Source: Phoronis australis
Lineage: Eukaryota > Animalia > Phoronida
Direction: 5' to 3'
Length of the DNA: 33,435 bases
Assembly (NCBI GenBank): GCA_002633005.1
Contig: NMRA01000230.1
Coordinates: 288,823-322,257 of the forward strand
Shown: positions 1-12,169 of the stretch, one piece after another
Layout of the letters: the number at the start of each line of letters is the position of its first letter
How positions within the stretch are numbered: the first letter of the stretch is position 1
The notes under the pieces: model-generated
Database searches by the model: none
Told to the model about the DNA's origin: nothing
What the model saw: the letters and a program-made list of their open reading frames with translations, nothing else
Program-made: the position numbers and the translations under genes

Positions 1-58
1 TAGATGGCCCCAGTATGATGGCCAGAGTGTAGTCGGGTTCAGGCTCAACAGGACGAAT
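1..58 (-). CDS. crb: Crumbs juxtamembrane/transmembrane exon, truncated by window edge (IRPVEPEPDYTLAIILGPS...)
   Basis: tag acceptor at 59-61 after a T-rich tract; phase 0 matches the previous donor; Pro-rich stalk followed by the start of a hydrophobic helix. Confidence 0.8.
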   Translation of the reverse strand, partial: MRPVEPEPDYTLAIILGPS

Positions 59-170
59 CTAAAACAGACCCCAAGTAAAGGTCTTAGTAAACGTGATACT
101 ACACTTAACACAAATCAAAATAGTAAATACAATAGGTAGTGATGGTACAATATATCGTTTTATAAAGTGT

Positions 171-402
171 CAGGGGCTTGGGATGATTTTCCAGGTGATG
201 TATCGCTCCACAAAAACATAGGCTTGTGTGAAACAAATATTTTTGTGTTGTGAAATTTAACTGAAATAAACGTTTTTGCATGGGAGAAAATAAAAAATGG
301 TAAAAAATAGACGAGAAAAGAGGGAAAGAGGAAATCAAGTAAGAGAAAAACAAAAGCAAGAAAGAGAAAAATCCTCTTAAAAGAGGAGAATTTCAAGCCC
401 TG
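171..402. mobile_element. MITE-like element, copy 1 (TIR caggggcttg...caagccctg)
   Basis: Short terminal inverted repeats; the body is clearly homologous to 19470-19717. CAG..CTG ends suggest hAT type, but no clean TSD is visible. Confidence 0.65.
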
Positions 403-714
403 AAGTGAAACTGTTTTCATTTTAGTTCGTAATCTAAGAACAGCGTTAAAAAAGGATAACTTTCTAAATAAAGTAGCGAAGTTACAGTCTATTTATACTT
501 TTTAACTGTAAACAATAATGACATTATATGCTGTATAACACATAACTGAATAAAATGCAAATCAAATGACAGTTACACAAAGAGCACAAACTGAATGATA
601 TTTACATCTGTCGAGATACCTTAATAGATTAATTGATTAAAACATAATTTTACAAAACTCCCTAAAATAATCACTTTCCTTCTTAAAATGCAAAAACAAA
701 AGATGACAACTTAC

Positions 715-986
715 GAGTTTCTGACACATGGGCCCCTCATACTCAGACGAGCACTTGCATGACTGTCTGACCTCCTCTAGTGCATCATTCAGCGTGTAAC
801 TACAGGTCCCCCCATTCTGGCAAAAGCCGGGGGGACATGGATTCTTGGCATAACACGTGGCGCCGAAGACTGTATCCGGGCATTTACAGTTGAAGGAACC
901 CATCGTATTATTGCACGTGCCGCCATTTTTACACGGATTCCTCTCACATTCGTCTTCATCTGTCTCACAGTTCGTGCCGTTGTAAC
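715..986 (-). CDS. crb: Crumbs exon (last 2 EGF: GYNGTNCETDEDECERNPC...EYEGPMCQKL)
   Basis: cag acceptor, CTC|gtaagt donor; 272 nt, phase 1 to 0. Confidence 0.92.
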
Positions 987-1360
987 CTGCAGAGACACAA
1001 AATGAGGCAACCTGTACTTCGTTAACAAAAATGACGCAATAAAAAGTAGGATTAAAATTGGGAAGCATAATTTAGTTACGTATGGCCCAAAAACTAATGC
1101 TCAAATTTATCTAATTTTGGAACATAGTATGTCACAGATAGGTGATGGCATTCAAATGAAACTTCCAGATGCTGCGCTTTATGTATTGTTCTCCAACCCA
1201 CTATTACAAATTGTTTTTAAAAGCACCCACATTTGCAAGAGGAGCTTTCAAATACACGACTCTAATGACTTTAAGGAAAACTCAAAAGATGCACAAAATA
1301 AAAAACGAAATAACAATTCAGAAAACTTCAAAATCCTTTTTTGATTTTGTTATAAACACA

Positions 1361-1375
1361 CATATAAACATAAAC

Positions 1376-1458
<83 letters not shown>

Positions 1459-1468
1459 CATATAATAT
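1361..1468. repeat. (TA)n microsatellite with TACA variants
   Basis: Directly visible dinucleotide run. Confidence 0.95.
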
Positions 1469-1735
1469 ATCATGTTGTCAACATACATATCATATTGTAA
1501 ACATAAATTACATCTGATACTCATGAGACCACATGTTTTAAGTAGTTAAAGTAATAAACTACTGACAACCAGAACCACTTAACCAGAATATAATATCAGA
1601 GGCATAGTTCTGACATCCACAAACATGTGCGTGGGTACTAGAAAGTATAGCATTTCAACACAATTTGAGTTGTGATTTCTGCCGACAATTGATAAAGAAA
1701 CTTGTTCCACATCGTCTGTCCAGGAATATACCTAC

Positions 1736-1963
1736 CTGTGCCGGTACAGTTACACTCGTAATAGCCAATCAGATCGCGACACTTGCCGTGCACACACGGA
1801 CTACTAGCACACTCGTCAATCTCCGTGCTACAGTTGGCGTCCGTGTATCCCTTCACACAAGAGCAGTTGTAAGACCCCGGTAACTCGGTACAGTTGGCTC
1901 CATGCTGACACACGCCCATGTCGCACTCCCTGACATCGTCTGTACAGTTCACTCCTGTCCAGC
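1736..1963 (-). CDS. crb: Crumbs exon (2 EGF: GWTGVNCTDDVRECDMGVC...YECNCTGT)
   Basis: cag acceptor, CAG|gtaggt donor; 228 nt, phase 1 to 1. Confidence 0.92.
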
Positions 1964-2418
1964 CTGAAGGACAGAAATTAGCAATTATAACGGATTCAAT
2001 AACCTTTAGTTAGTGCTAGTGATAAAACAGCCCATTACCCGAGTTTCAAATCAGGTGTGTGGTGCAGCATGCCTCGACATGTAAGGCCTGCGTACGTCCG
2101 ATGCAAGTCAGGCATCAGACTACCAGTGTAATTTTTTAGCTAGAGAAACGAAAGCTCATTAACCACGATTGAGGCGATTCTGAGATAAGGGTCTGAGACT
2201 ATCCAAGAATACAGGTGACTGGCCAGTGTAACTGCAGCTATCTGGTGTATTTTGAGCTCCTCTTACCACCAAACATTGGTCATGATGAGCGAGATTTCTT
2301 GAAGAAAAGACCAACTCAATGAGAAAACTACAATAAAGCTGCTTTAGAGAATTCAACATCAACTGAAATTTGATGCATGCTCATATTAAAGAGATTAGCA
2401 CTGCTCGGATCTCTTCAT

Positions 2419-2635
2419 AATTGGGGCTGTTATTTATTATCCCATGATGGCAACAAATTGGGCTGTTATTTATTATCCCATGATGGCAACAAATGGGGCT
2501 GTTATTTATTATCCCATGATGGCAACAAATTGGGCTGTTATTTATTATCCCATGATGGCAACAAATGGGGCTGTTATTTATTATCCCATGATGGCAACAA
2601 ATGGGGCTGTTATTTATTATCCCATGATGGCAACA
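2419..2635. repeat. 36-bp minisatellite x6 (ggctgttatttattatcccatgatggcaacaaat(t/g)g)
   Basis: Near-identical tandem copies with no spacers. Confidence 0.95.
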
Positions 2636-3067
2636 GTGCATAAAGCTGAAGCTAGCTTTCTTCCCATCAAACAAAATACCTTGTGACATCCACACTTTCC
2701 ACTACATAACTGGTCTTGACTGCTTCTTCACTTAAATGAGAAGATATTACTAAGCTTAGAAAGAGTGAAGAATATGTCAATACTGGAGACTACGCTCAGC
2801 GCATACGCTTACCAGCAATGACCAGGAGACTTGTTGAGTCCTAACCAATCACCAACTGCCAATTCTTTTTAGTGTCGAGAAATCACGTCTAATTTGAGCG
2901 ACCAACGAGTCCAGAACCACATCATAATTATAAGGGGTCAAAATCAGAAGTCGTCTTTGTGATAGGGTGCGGATTAACGGAATGAGAAGCATCAAAATTT
3001 GCAATACATTTTGAGAACATGCCAGTAAAGTATAATTAGCTTTACCATGGAATGTACCATTACTTAC

Positions 3068-3178
3068 CAGTTGTGCATTTACAGTCATACGTCAGTCCAG
3101 TATTGTCCCTGTGGGAACAGATGCCACTATTTTGACAGGGGCCGTCCACACACGCCCCTCGGATTTCACATCGATCGC
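3068..3178 (-). CDS. crb: Crumbs exon (EGF: GDRCEIRGACVDGPCQNSGICSHRDNTGLTYDCKCTT)
   Basis: cag acceptor, CTG|gtaagt donor; 111 nt, phase 1 to 1. Not present in the ORF track. Confidence 0.88.
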
Positions 3179-4137
3179 CTGCAAAGAACCGAATTGCCAG
3201 TTGTTAATAAGCATCCACGTTTCACCGAACACTGCATCAAAGGTGGGAATCAGATATTTTTACATGGAAGTTCTGTTTCTTAAATGAACAACAGATGACG
3301 CTGCCCTATACTACCAGACAAAGATTTGCATGTGGCCGAGGTGACTTTACAACCCTGATGCGACTTATTTCTTATAATACTAGATGGAGATTTGAATGAG
3401 GCCGACAAGACATGGTGAACTCGATTTATTAGAGCGATGAAGTTGGCGAAAAGTTATTTTATTGTTACAATGCTTCAGTGACTGTTAGCTTCTGTCAACA
3501 ACAATCAAGGCTATTGCAAGTACACAATGAAAACATTAAGGCTCAATTTGGAGATCGTCAGTGTGACCTCAGAATTTGTTTGACAACCTGGTAAAAATTT
3601 CCCAGTTGCCATGAACTCACTGGTGATTCAACCACAAAAGGAAGTAAAAAAAAAGCGCGTTGGAATTGTTAGAAAAAACATGTAAGCCAAAAATGCCATA
3701 AGATTGCGTACTTAAGGTTGGTGTCAAAATGAGGGTGAAATGTTTAATCAGCCCTTTTTCGACTTGTTTGGTCGCATGGGAAAAAAGGTAAGGATGTCAC
3801 TGCACAGCATCACTGCATATGGTTGACTTTTCCTTTTTTGGCAGACTCATTTTCAATTTGGCGACCTGGGAATTGCACCAGCATAGAGAACTGAACAAGC
3901 AGGCTTTTAAGTTAATGATCCTTTTTATTGTGATAATTCTTTTAAATTGGGATCGAGTTCAAATTAATTAGAGTCTAACTTGTATTCCGGTATGCAGGTA
4001 ACCCTTGGGAAGACAACCGATAACACATGAAGCTAGAAGCTAAGAACTGCATGTAACTCAATATTTGATGGTGAATTAACCCCGCCCAGGCTGCACCATA
4101 TCCATGCAAAAGCAAACCTGGACAGCTGGGAGGTCAA

Positions 4138-4444
4138 CACCTGTCAATCAAGTTGACCCCAAAAATCTTTTGCACCCCACCCCCTGTACCTAAGAAGTAC
4201 CGAGGACAGCTGCACTCCCATCGTCTGCGCTACACAGGAGGCGGGACATCACCTGTCAATCAACGCCCAACACTATACATTCCTTTCATTCTCACCAAGA
4301 AGTACTAAGAACAATTGCTTTCCCATTGCCTGTCCTTCCCAGGAGGCGGGACATCACCTGTCAATCAACACACAACACCATACATTTCTTTCCCCCTTAC
4401 CTAAGAAGTACTGAGGACAGCTACACTCCCATTGCCTGTCCTTG
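4138..4444. repeat. Degenerate ~105-112 bp tandem triplication spanning an exon 3' end and its splice donor
   Basis: cacctgtcaatcaa occurs at 4138, 4250 and 4355; copies of the exon end (aagaagtac..ccat) occur at about 4190, 4296 and 4401. Confidence 0.85.
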
Positions 4445-4631
4445 ACAGAACATGTGCCGCTGTTGAGACAGTTCCCCAGGCTACAATTGGCCACATCACA
4501 GTTCCGCCCCTCATAGCCAAACGAGCAGCTGCAGTTGTAGCCCCCTTCTGTGTTACTGCACTTCGCCCCCAAGTCCACTTTGCTGCACACCTTAAGTTCA
4601 CATTCATTCACGTCCTGAACACAGTTTACAC
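4401..4631 (-). CDS. crb: Crumbs exon (2 EGF: GVNCVQDVNECELKVC...WECSCPQYFL)
   Basis: cag acceptor, TAG|gtaagg donor; 231 nt, phase 1 to 1. Confidence 0.9.
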
Positions 4632-4825
4632 CTGCGGAAGGAAAATCACTATCTTTCTAAAACAACTGACACTTTGTGACGGTCGAAAAATAAGATTTTT
4701 TCCAAAGTTCCAATTCAGTGTTATCCAACACCTATTCAAATCATGAAATGTAAGTTACATCAAATTACAAAAATTTGATACGTCGCAGATTTTTCTTGTC
4801 ATCACAGACACCTGTGCACAGTAGC

Positions 4826-5256
4826 ATGAAACAACCCCAGATAGCAACTCAACTAAGGTCCCTAAATTTAATGGACATGTTAAAACACTGATAGACCTTT
4901 CTTATGAAGTTTTAGTGTCATTACTAGGTCAATTTTTTATTTTGACACAAAGCGAGAATGAATAACACATTGAATTTTCAATATTATTAAAAATAAGTAC
5001 GGATCCTTTCATGCAATGTCCCTAATTTAAGTACTAAGTCCCCATTTATTTTCATTGAATTAAGGGCTCAGATTTTAGAAATCCTTTTAGAAAATCCTAT
5101 TGGTCAAACAGGAGCTCACAATAAAGGTAAAATGACAGAAAAAATGAATCTGTCAGTAAAGAATGACCCAGATATGCTTAAGATTTAGGGACCTTAGTCG
5201 AATCCCTATTTAGGAACCTTAGTCGAGTCCTTATTTGGGACTGTTGCAACCAGGCA
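4826..5256. mobile_element. Degenerate inverted-repeat element (MITE-like)
   Basis: actcaactaaggtccctaaat (~4848) is inverted relative to atttagggaccttagtcgaat (~5183) and atttaggaaccttagtcgagt (~5208). Confidence 0.5.
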
Positions 5257-6701
5257 CTGAAACAGTATGGCATGATGGTACTAACAACTACTAACAATTC
5301 TCCACTCATTTCGCCAAAATTACCATTAATCCATTTTCCAAAGCTGATCATTTTCATAAAAATTGTTCTAGTAACTGACTGAAATTTTGCAAACAAATAT
5401 TACTGTTAACTCCTGTAACTGACAGTGTCTGTGTATCATTACATGTTGTAGGGCCTAGCCAAGTGGCCACTGTATTTTTATAAGAATGATATTTTAATAA
5501 ACGCCGGAATATGTCAAGCCAGTTTAAATCCTTCGTTTTTACTAACAATAGATTGAGATTTTATCATCAAGTACAAGTATGCAAGTATACCTGAAAGCCG
5601 ATAGCCTGTAGTATTCCATTTTAATTTCTTTAACGCACAACGATATCAACAAATTGACCAAACTTCAGAAACATAGTTACAGGTTTCTAAATCATAATTC
5701 ATCTTGTTTAATGAAAATCACGAAAGTCCTATTTTTTGATAACCACCTCGACATGCAAAAAAGAATTTCAAAAACAAATCCTGACAGTGCATTGAAGATT
5801 GGTGTAAAAATCAGAGTATGTGAAACTTTCATACGAATCTGATAAGCTAGATTCTGAGATAAAATGTTCCAAATCTTGGACATTTTTCTAAGGCCCTACA
5901 TAACTTTAAAGCTTAACGTCAACGACATTCTGTTATTTTGATATATTGGGTTAACCAGATAATCCTAGCAAAGATTTAGCAAAATCAGAAAATAAATATA
6001 GGCCCGACAATAGTCGAAGTTGCCTTTTTGTGCCATGTCACGTCACCGCAAGATCACAGCACAAACAACAAAAGGCCAATAACAGTTGTATTGAATAGGG
6101 GTCTGAATAGAACACCAAGTGTGTGCCGGTGTTGTATGCAGCTGTTTGAATTAATAAGTGAGTCTCGAATTGACATAAAAATAGTTTGTTACAATTGGTA
6201 ATTTATGGCACTTGTGGGCTCAGAACAATGCTCTTAATATACTGTAGGAACCAAATTTACAGTTGTTACCATTCTAGATAAGCAATACACACAGAGTTGC
6301 CCTTTTGCAATTTTAATGAACATCTCTTTAACTCACCGTATGTTTGTTGATTCTCCAAAGTATTACGCCATTCAAACTAACGATGAGACAACATTGCCAC
6401 CAGTAATGGCAACATTTTAAAGTCTGGTCTGTACGTCACCCAAAGAATACAAGTCTGAAAAGATTTCTGCCTCAACCGAGACTCTAACCCGTGCGTACGC
6501 TCTCGTCCATTGAAAAATCAAGACCACCGGTCGAACACAAAACTCCAATCAGACTTAGAAGTGGGCAGAGAACTCTCCTCAAACATCATTCTTTGAAAGA
6601 TCAGCAGTGAGAGTTTGAGAGCCACAGTGACCCCTAAAATTACAAATGGGCAACGCCGGGTAGTAATTACCCAATTCTGTAGATCAGAAGCCTAAACTCA
6701 C

Positions 6702-6830
6702 CCTCATAGCCAGTTCCTGTGCAGTTGCATGTGTAGCTGCCTTGAGTGTTAGTGCACATCCCACCATTCTGACATGGCTGTGTGGTGTTACACTCGTCAA
6801 TGTCCTGCGAACAGTTGTGTCCTTCCCAGC
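6702..6830 (-). CDS. crb: Crumbs exon (EGF: GWEGHNCSQDIDECNTTQPCQNGGMCTNTQGSYTCNCTGTGYE)
   Basis: tag acceptor, AGG|gtgagt donor; 129 nt, phase 1 to 1. Confidence 0.92.
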
Positions 6831-7288
6831 CTATGACGAGAGAAAAGCAACACGTGCAAAGGTTGAAATATTCGACGCAATTTACCAATAGACCTCATGG
6901 ACAAGGAATATGTTATCTCAAAACATTCCACAGTGATTATCTTCTTCAATTCATTTTCATTTGCAATGCCAATTTCTATCAAGATTAGTGCCCAATAAAA
7001 ACCATTCTCTAAATGTTCAGTGTTTTGGTTGGGTGCGATTAAAAGATGACTCAAGCTTTTAGTTGAGTACTATAATTTGTCTTGCAGAAAAATTGGCAGA
7101 AACATGACCACAACTAGACTTAAATCCGAAACTTTTATGCTCTGTCTTTACTATTACTGAGTCATCGAGTGGCGAAAACTAGAACTCAAAACTGAGGCAC
7201 GTTAAATTCGACTATTACCTCATTTACTACAAGTTGTTTATGGACCACACAATAGCCGTAAAGCCTCATCACAGCTAGGTGTACATAC

Positions 7289-7399
7289 CTGCATCACAAG
7301 TACAGTTGTACCCATTGACCAAGTCTGTGCACTGTCCGTGTAAACAAGGCGAGTTGACACAGTCATCAATGTTGGTTGTACAGTTGAAGTCAGTGAAGC
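7289..7399 (-). CDS. crb: Crumbs exon (EGF: GFTDFNCTTNIDDCVNSPCLHGQCTDLVNGYNCTCDA)
   Basis: tag acceptor, CAG|gtatgt donor; 111 nt, phase 1 to 1. Confidence 0.92.
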
Positions 7400-7745
7400 C
7401 TACAAGAGAAAAAGGTAAGAACTGTTCACAGCCAATTCTAGAAAACTCACAGACAAACAGGGACGACACACACAGCGACTGGTGAGACTAGCAAAGAACA
7501 CCACGGAAAGGTTTATACTTCGCAGTGAGAAGCTTGAAATCCACCAGGTGGCACTAGTAACACTAACAGTCAGCTGACTCATAGTGAGGAACAGATTCCT
7601 GTTCTTTTCATAAAACAAAAAGGACACAATTTTCATCAGCTTCACTTAATGATGAGCCTTTCATTATTATTAATCACGACCTTTATTCATTTTTTCGTCA
7701 TATATACTGGACGATTGCAGTCATAATCTGCAACCCATCCTCTTA

Positions 7746-8160
7746 CCAGGATTATCCGTAGATAAACCCATAGATGTGTATTCGGAAAATGAAAATTTTC
7801 AGGTGTTTTAGTATCACGAAATAAACGGCCGGAGAAATATTCAGAAAAGGGGGCGTGTAAATGCTGACTTTGACATTTTTTCACTTAAAACTGGTTTTTT
7901 AAAATTTTATGTAAATAAGGGCATACTTCGGCAACACCTTCTTTGTTTTATATGATAAATGCCCCACAAAATTGAATTTGCGACAAGTCGACGCTTTGTG
8001 GGTTTTTAAGAGGAAATTTTCCGAATATACGCCGCATTTGACACTTGACACCAGAAGTTGTAACACCAACTAAACCCCCATGGGTGTTTATTCGGCCTAA
8101 TTTTCTGAATTAATGTCCATAGGCGTTTCATCGGGTGTGCTTATCTACGGAAAATCCCGG
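7746..8160. mobile_element. Tc1/mariner(pogo/Tigger)-type MITE
   Basis: Imperfect TIRs ccaggattatccgtagataa / ttatctacggaaaatcccgg, flanked by TA on both sides (7744-45, 8161-62); no ORF. Confidence 0.7.
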
Positions 8161-8838
8161 TAGTATAAAGAGCACATACACACTTATAGTAAGATCTGAT
8201 GTTAGCATACTAGAGCATATAGTTGCCCGCTATCACATGAAACATCTATACAATGGTAAATGGTAGTGATACAGATGTTAAGAGGTCATGGGTCTGCAAC
8301 TAATATGACGTGAATTTGTACCCGCTACTACGAATAGATATGCACAATTACACCACATCATAACATCTTGCAAGTCTTTGACTTTTTCACATTTAAATAA
8401 CCGCCATTTTAGTATTTCAAATATTTTCCAAGTGCTGTGTTTGGATTAATCAGTGTGTTCCAACAATGGCTATATTCACTGCACTATCCCGGGAATTGAG
8501 AAGGATTAAGACCCACAAGATTCACAGTGCAGTAATAATTTTCAACGTGCTTCGAAATTCACAGCGCTACGTAAATCAGGCCAAATTATGACTATTCTTA
8601 TTAATTTTGGTCAAAATGACCTCAAACTGAACACTTGAATACAAAGTGCTTGCTGCACACATACACTTGCAGCGTAGATCCGACCAACATAAAAGCCACC
8701 TCATTATCACAAGCCACCTATTAGCCAGAATAGTAACAACATCAATAGCCAAGGTGAAGTCCATGAGAGACGGACCCAACGTCGCTAACTTTAGTAAGTT
8801 CTTATTTGGTCTACGACAGAATGTGTTTCAACACTCAC

Positions 8839-8992
8839 CCGCTTTACATGTGCATCTGTAGTGTAGATCGGATATCGTGTAGTTGGATATACACGTCGCC
8901 TCATTCTTACACGGGCCGTCAGCACAGTAATCTATCATCTTCTCACACCGGTATCCCGTGGTCCACACCGGACACAGGCACTTGAAAGGAAG
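8839..8992 (-). CDS. crb: Crumbs exon (LPFKCLCPVWTTGYRCEKMIDYCADGPCKNEATCISNYTISDLHYRCTCKA)
   Basis: Polypyrimidine tract plus tag acceptor, G|gtgagt donor; 154 nt, phase 0 to 1. Not present in the ORF track. Confidence 0.87.
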
Positions 8993-9493
8993 CTATGGAC
9001 AAAGGAATGGAATGACAGTACCATGGACAAGCAAAAGGAACCTTTCACCTCTAATTAGTCAACCCAGATGGATGCTCTCCCAGAGGAAGTGTTGTTATGT
9101 GTACGAGTGGTGCCATCTTGTGGGACCAAACAAACGAATTGACAATACCCTGGCACATTGCTAGTGAAACAAAATAAAACAAAACATCTCCAAAACTAAT
9201 CACAATTTTACCAAGAAGTAGGACACAAACACAAGGACTAGAATTTATACATGTAACTTGTCTATGGGTACAATTCAAGCCTATGTTTTAGTTACAACAA
9301 CATGAGGTAAGGAATCATCCAGGGTTGTCATAGCAATGCTTCAGTGCCTGAACACACAATTTAATTTCACTAACTACGCAAGTGAAGCAACACCTGAAGC
9401 TGAATGNCGATTTCTCATATCAAAGCTCAAGGGAGGGGAAAGGGTGGAAAAACTCAGAGCGGCCATCTTGACAAAAGAATGTTAGCTACTTAC

Positions 9494-9574
9494 ATCGCCT
9501 TTATTTACCACCGTCTGGTTAAGGCAGGTTCCCCCGTTTTCACACTGTTTACCACTGGCGCACGTCTCCCGGAT
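9494..9574 (-). CDS. crb: Crumbs exon (first half of EGF: IRETCASGKQCENGGTCLNQTVVNKGD)
   Basis: cag acceptor, GAT|gtaagt donor; 81 nt, phase 0 to 0. Not present in the ORF track. Confidence 0.85.
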
Positions 9575-9956
9575 CTGTAATGGTGGGGACAAGGAACGCA
9601 ATGAATATCATGGAGTTCATCGCCTCACCACAGCCACTTTTGGCACGCACACCAAAACAACTGGCTATAACCCCGCATACTATCACAGAAACCAACTTAG
9701 ATTTAAACTATTTACAGTCATAAACCTGGGTCCTGGGTCTGATCTATGAACTCAAAATCGAACTTGAAGAATAATTTTGGAATTTTCACTGCTGCTTTTG
9801 TGCAATCATTGAAGACTGGTGTCTACTTCTGCCTTCAAATACAATGCAGCTTAGTCCTAGTTTGCACTTAAAAGACCCCTGCATCAAAGACATAAGTTCC
9901 AATCTGATCTTAAATTCTTGAGTTTTAGCAGGAGATGGTACCTCAATCATGTGCAA

Positions 9957-10198
9957 ACTAGGTGTAGATATTCACCACTAGGTGTAGACACTCACCACTA
10001 GGTGTAGATATTCACCACTAGGTGTAGACACTCACCACTAGGTGTAGACACTCACCACTAGGTGTAGATATTCACCACTAGGTGTAGACACTCACCACTA
10101 GGTGTAGATATTCACCACTAGGTGTAGACACTCACCACTAGGTGTAGATATTCACCACTAGGTGTAGACACTCACCACTAGGTGTAGACACTCACCAC
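9957..10198. repeat. 20-bp minisatellite x12 with two unit variants (actaggtgtaga[tat/cac]tcacc)
   Basis: Directly visible perfect tandem array. Confidence 0.95.
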
Positions 10199-10370
10199 CA
10201 TCAATTATAACATACTCTTGCACAGAATAAGAGACACTCATCTTCAGTTTGTATAAAAGAATAACAGGAAAATTATACTTTCAAGTTCGATTTTGAGTAC
10301 AAAGATTAGACGTCGAGGTCAGGTTGATCCAAACTCAGGAGACAAGTGGAATCTGGTTTTGGAAAAATTG

Positions 10371-10538
10371 AGTTTGTCATAGCCAGAGGCCATGTTGAAA
10401 GCAAAGAATGAAAGTTTGTCACAGCCAGAGGTCATGTTGAAGGCAGAAAATGACAGTTTGTCATAGCCAGTGACCCTGTTCAAGGCATGAAATGACAGTT
10501 GGTCATAGCCAGATACCATGATCAAGGCATAAAATGTG
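10371..10538. repeat. Diverged 42-bp tandem repeat x4 (agtttgtcatagccaga...)
   Basis: agtt(t/g)gtca(t/c)agccag recurs every 42 bp. Confidence 0.85.
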
Positions 10539-11504
10539 ATGTGACAAGTCAACTGGAATAGTTTGATCTAAAGTAATGACCAACAGTGAATACTACTCTC
10601 AAACACCTGGAACTCACCTCTACTTTGAGTAAGGGTTTCCCCGAACAAATTCACAATGCTACGCGATTTCAATCAATAATTAGTTTTTGTTACAAAAAAG
10701 TTGAGCCAGCAATCAGATACAGCTTTTAAATCCAACACCTTATAATCAAATACCAATTTCATTTTTTCTCTCAGCAGTTTTAGAATTTTTCACACTATCC
10801 GGAGTCATGACAAAATTTACACAAAATTTCAACAAGCAACTTCGGTCGCTTTTCTAGATTTTCTTGCTTGAACTTCAAAAATGAGCTTTCAACTTCACAA
10901 TCAGTAGTATTTGACACCTGGACTTTGTTTCAGCCAACTATTCACAACATGATACGAATGTTATCGATTGACATACAAAGAAACAAGTCTCTCACAAGGG
11001 TTGGTTCACGCCAGTGCTCAAGTTAAGAACTGGCATAAAACGAAGTATGGTAGATATTGCGACCAAGACAGCTTTGACAGGCAGACGCTGTGATCACAAT
11101 GCCAAAAACTGTAACATAATAACTCTAATGACCCAGGGCTGCCAAACACACCAAAATATGCAATTTCCATAACATAATAAACTTGTACATGCGAGAAGTA
11201 CTCGGACAAAATGACACGGAATGCCTGTCAAGACAGCTGAGCAAAACTGGAAATCATTGTCACAGAAGCCGTCATCGTAACAGTGACAAAGGATTTATAG
11301 GAGAGCTACAGACAGGCTAACTACATTATGGTGATTTTGCCACAGTAATAAGTCTTTCCCACCAACCTGTCATTTCGGACATACAAAGAATTGGCTCTAA
11401 TGAACGTAAACCGTAATTTTTCTGATTACTTCCATCACGTAACTAAGAAGCTTCCGCGACAGCCAAATCCCTACAAATATTACGTCAAACTCCATGTTAC
11501 ATAC

Positions 11505-11631
11505 ATCAACTTGGCAATTCTTTCCGGTGTAGTTAGCAGTACAGTTGCACTCATAACCATTCACAAGGTCGACGCAGACTCCACCACTATAACAGGTGAC
11601 GTTAGCACAATCGTCGATGTTCGTCTCGCAC
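11505..11631 (-). CDS. crb: Crumbs exon (EGF: CETNIDDCANVTCYSGGVCVDLVNGYECNCTANYTGKNCQVD)
   Basis: cag acceptor, GAT|gtatgt donor; 127 nt, phase 2 to 0; completes the codon and the EGF left open by exon 23466-24246. Confidence 0.9.
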
Positions 11632-11851
11632 CTGTAAAGAACATTTTCAACAGGTGATATTATGCGCCACATAATGGACTATACAATCTACTTCAGTTCG
11701 TTTCCTCCTGACAAAAATCACCAATAGGAATTCACATGGGTTCCGCATTTTGAGAACCAGTTTAATGTCTGTTACTCAGCAAAAAACAGTTCTCTTACTG
11801 CAGAACGTCTACAAGTGACCATAAATAAATGAAAGCGCTCCGAGGAGCGAA

Positions 11852-12169
11852 ACTTGGCGAAATTAACCAAAAAGATGACGATAAAGATGATGACAAAGAT
11901 GACGAATATGACAACAATGGTTGCGAGGATGAACAAAAGAAGTAATAATAACATACACATGACGAACGTAGAAGTCCGAAATCAGTAAGAAAATGGCTAC
12001 AGTCTTCAGCGACACTTGGCGAAATTAACGGAAAAGACAACGACGGAGATGATGACGAAGATGATGACGATGACGAATATGATGATGGTGGTGGCGATGA
12101 TGAACAACATCACAACATTCATATGACGAACTTAGTTGTCATAAATCAATAAGAAATAGGCTACAGTCT
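11852..12169. repeat. Diverged ~160-bp direct duplication with GAT/GAC-rich core
   Basis: acttggcgaaattaac...ggctacagtct occurs twice (11852-12005 and 12014-12169). Confidence 0.8.

Noticed and set aside
105-420. Short hydrophobic ORFs (also 1169-1524, 2377-2695, 11772-12040, 19523-19711, 23148-23378)
   Set aside because: They are translations of MITEs, microsatellites and minisatellites, with no domain signal.
5447-5900. 10-bp inverted repeat tgtagggcct/aggccctaca
   Set aside because: Too short, with no TSD or second copy in the window; it could be chance or an old MITE.
9407-9407. Ambiguous base N
   Set aside because: A single intronic sequencing ambiguity with no effect on the gene model.
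11860-12110. Asp-rich acidic reading frame on the plus strand (DDDKDDEYD...)
   Set aside because: It is interrupted by stops, has no start or splice support, and is explained by a duplicated GAT/GAC low-complexity repeat.
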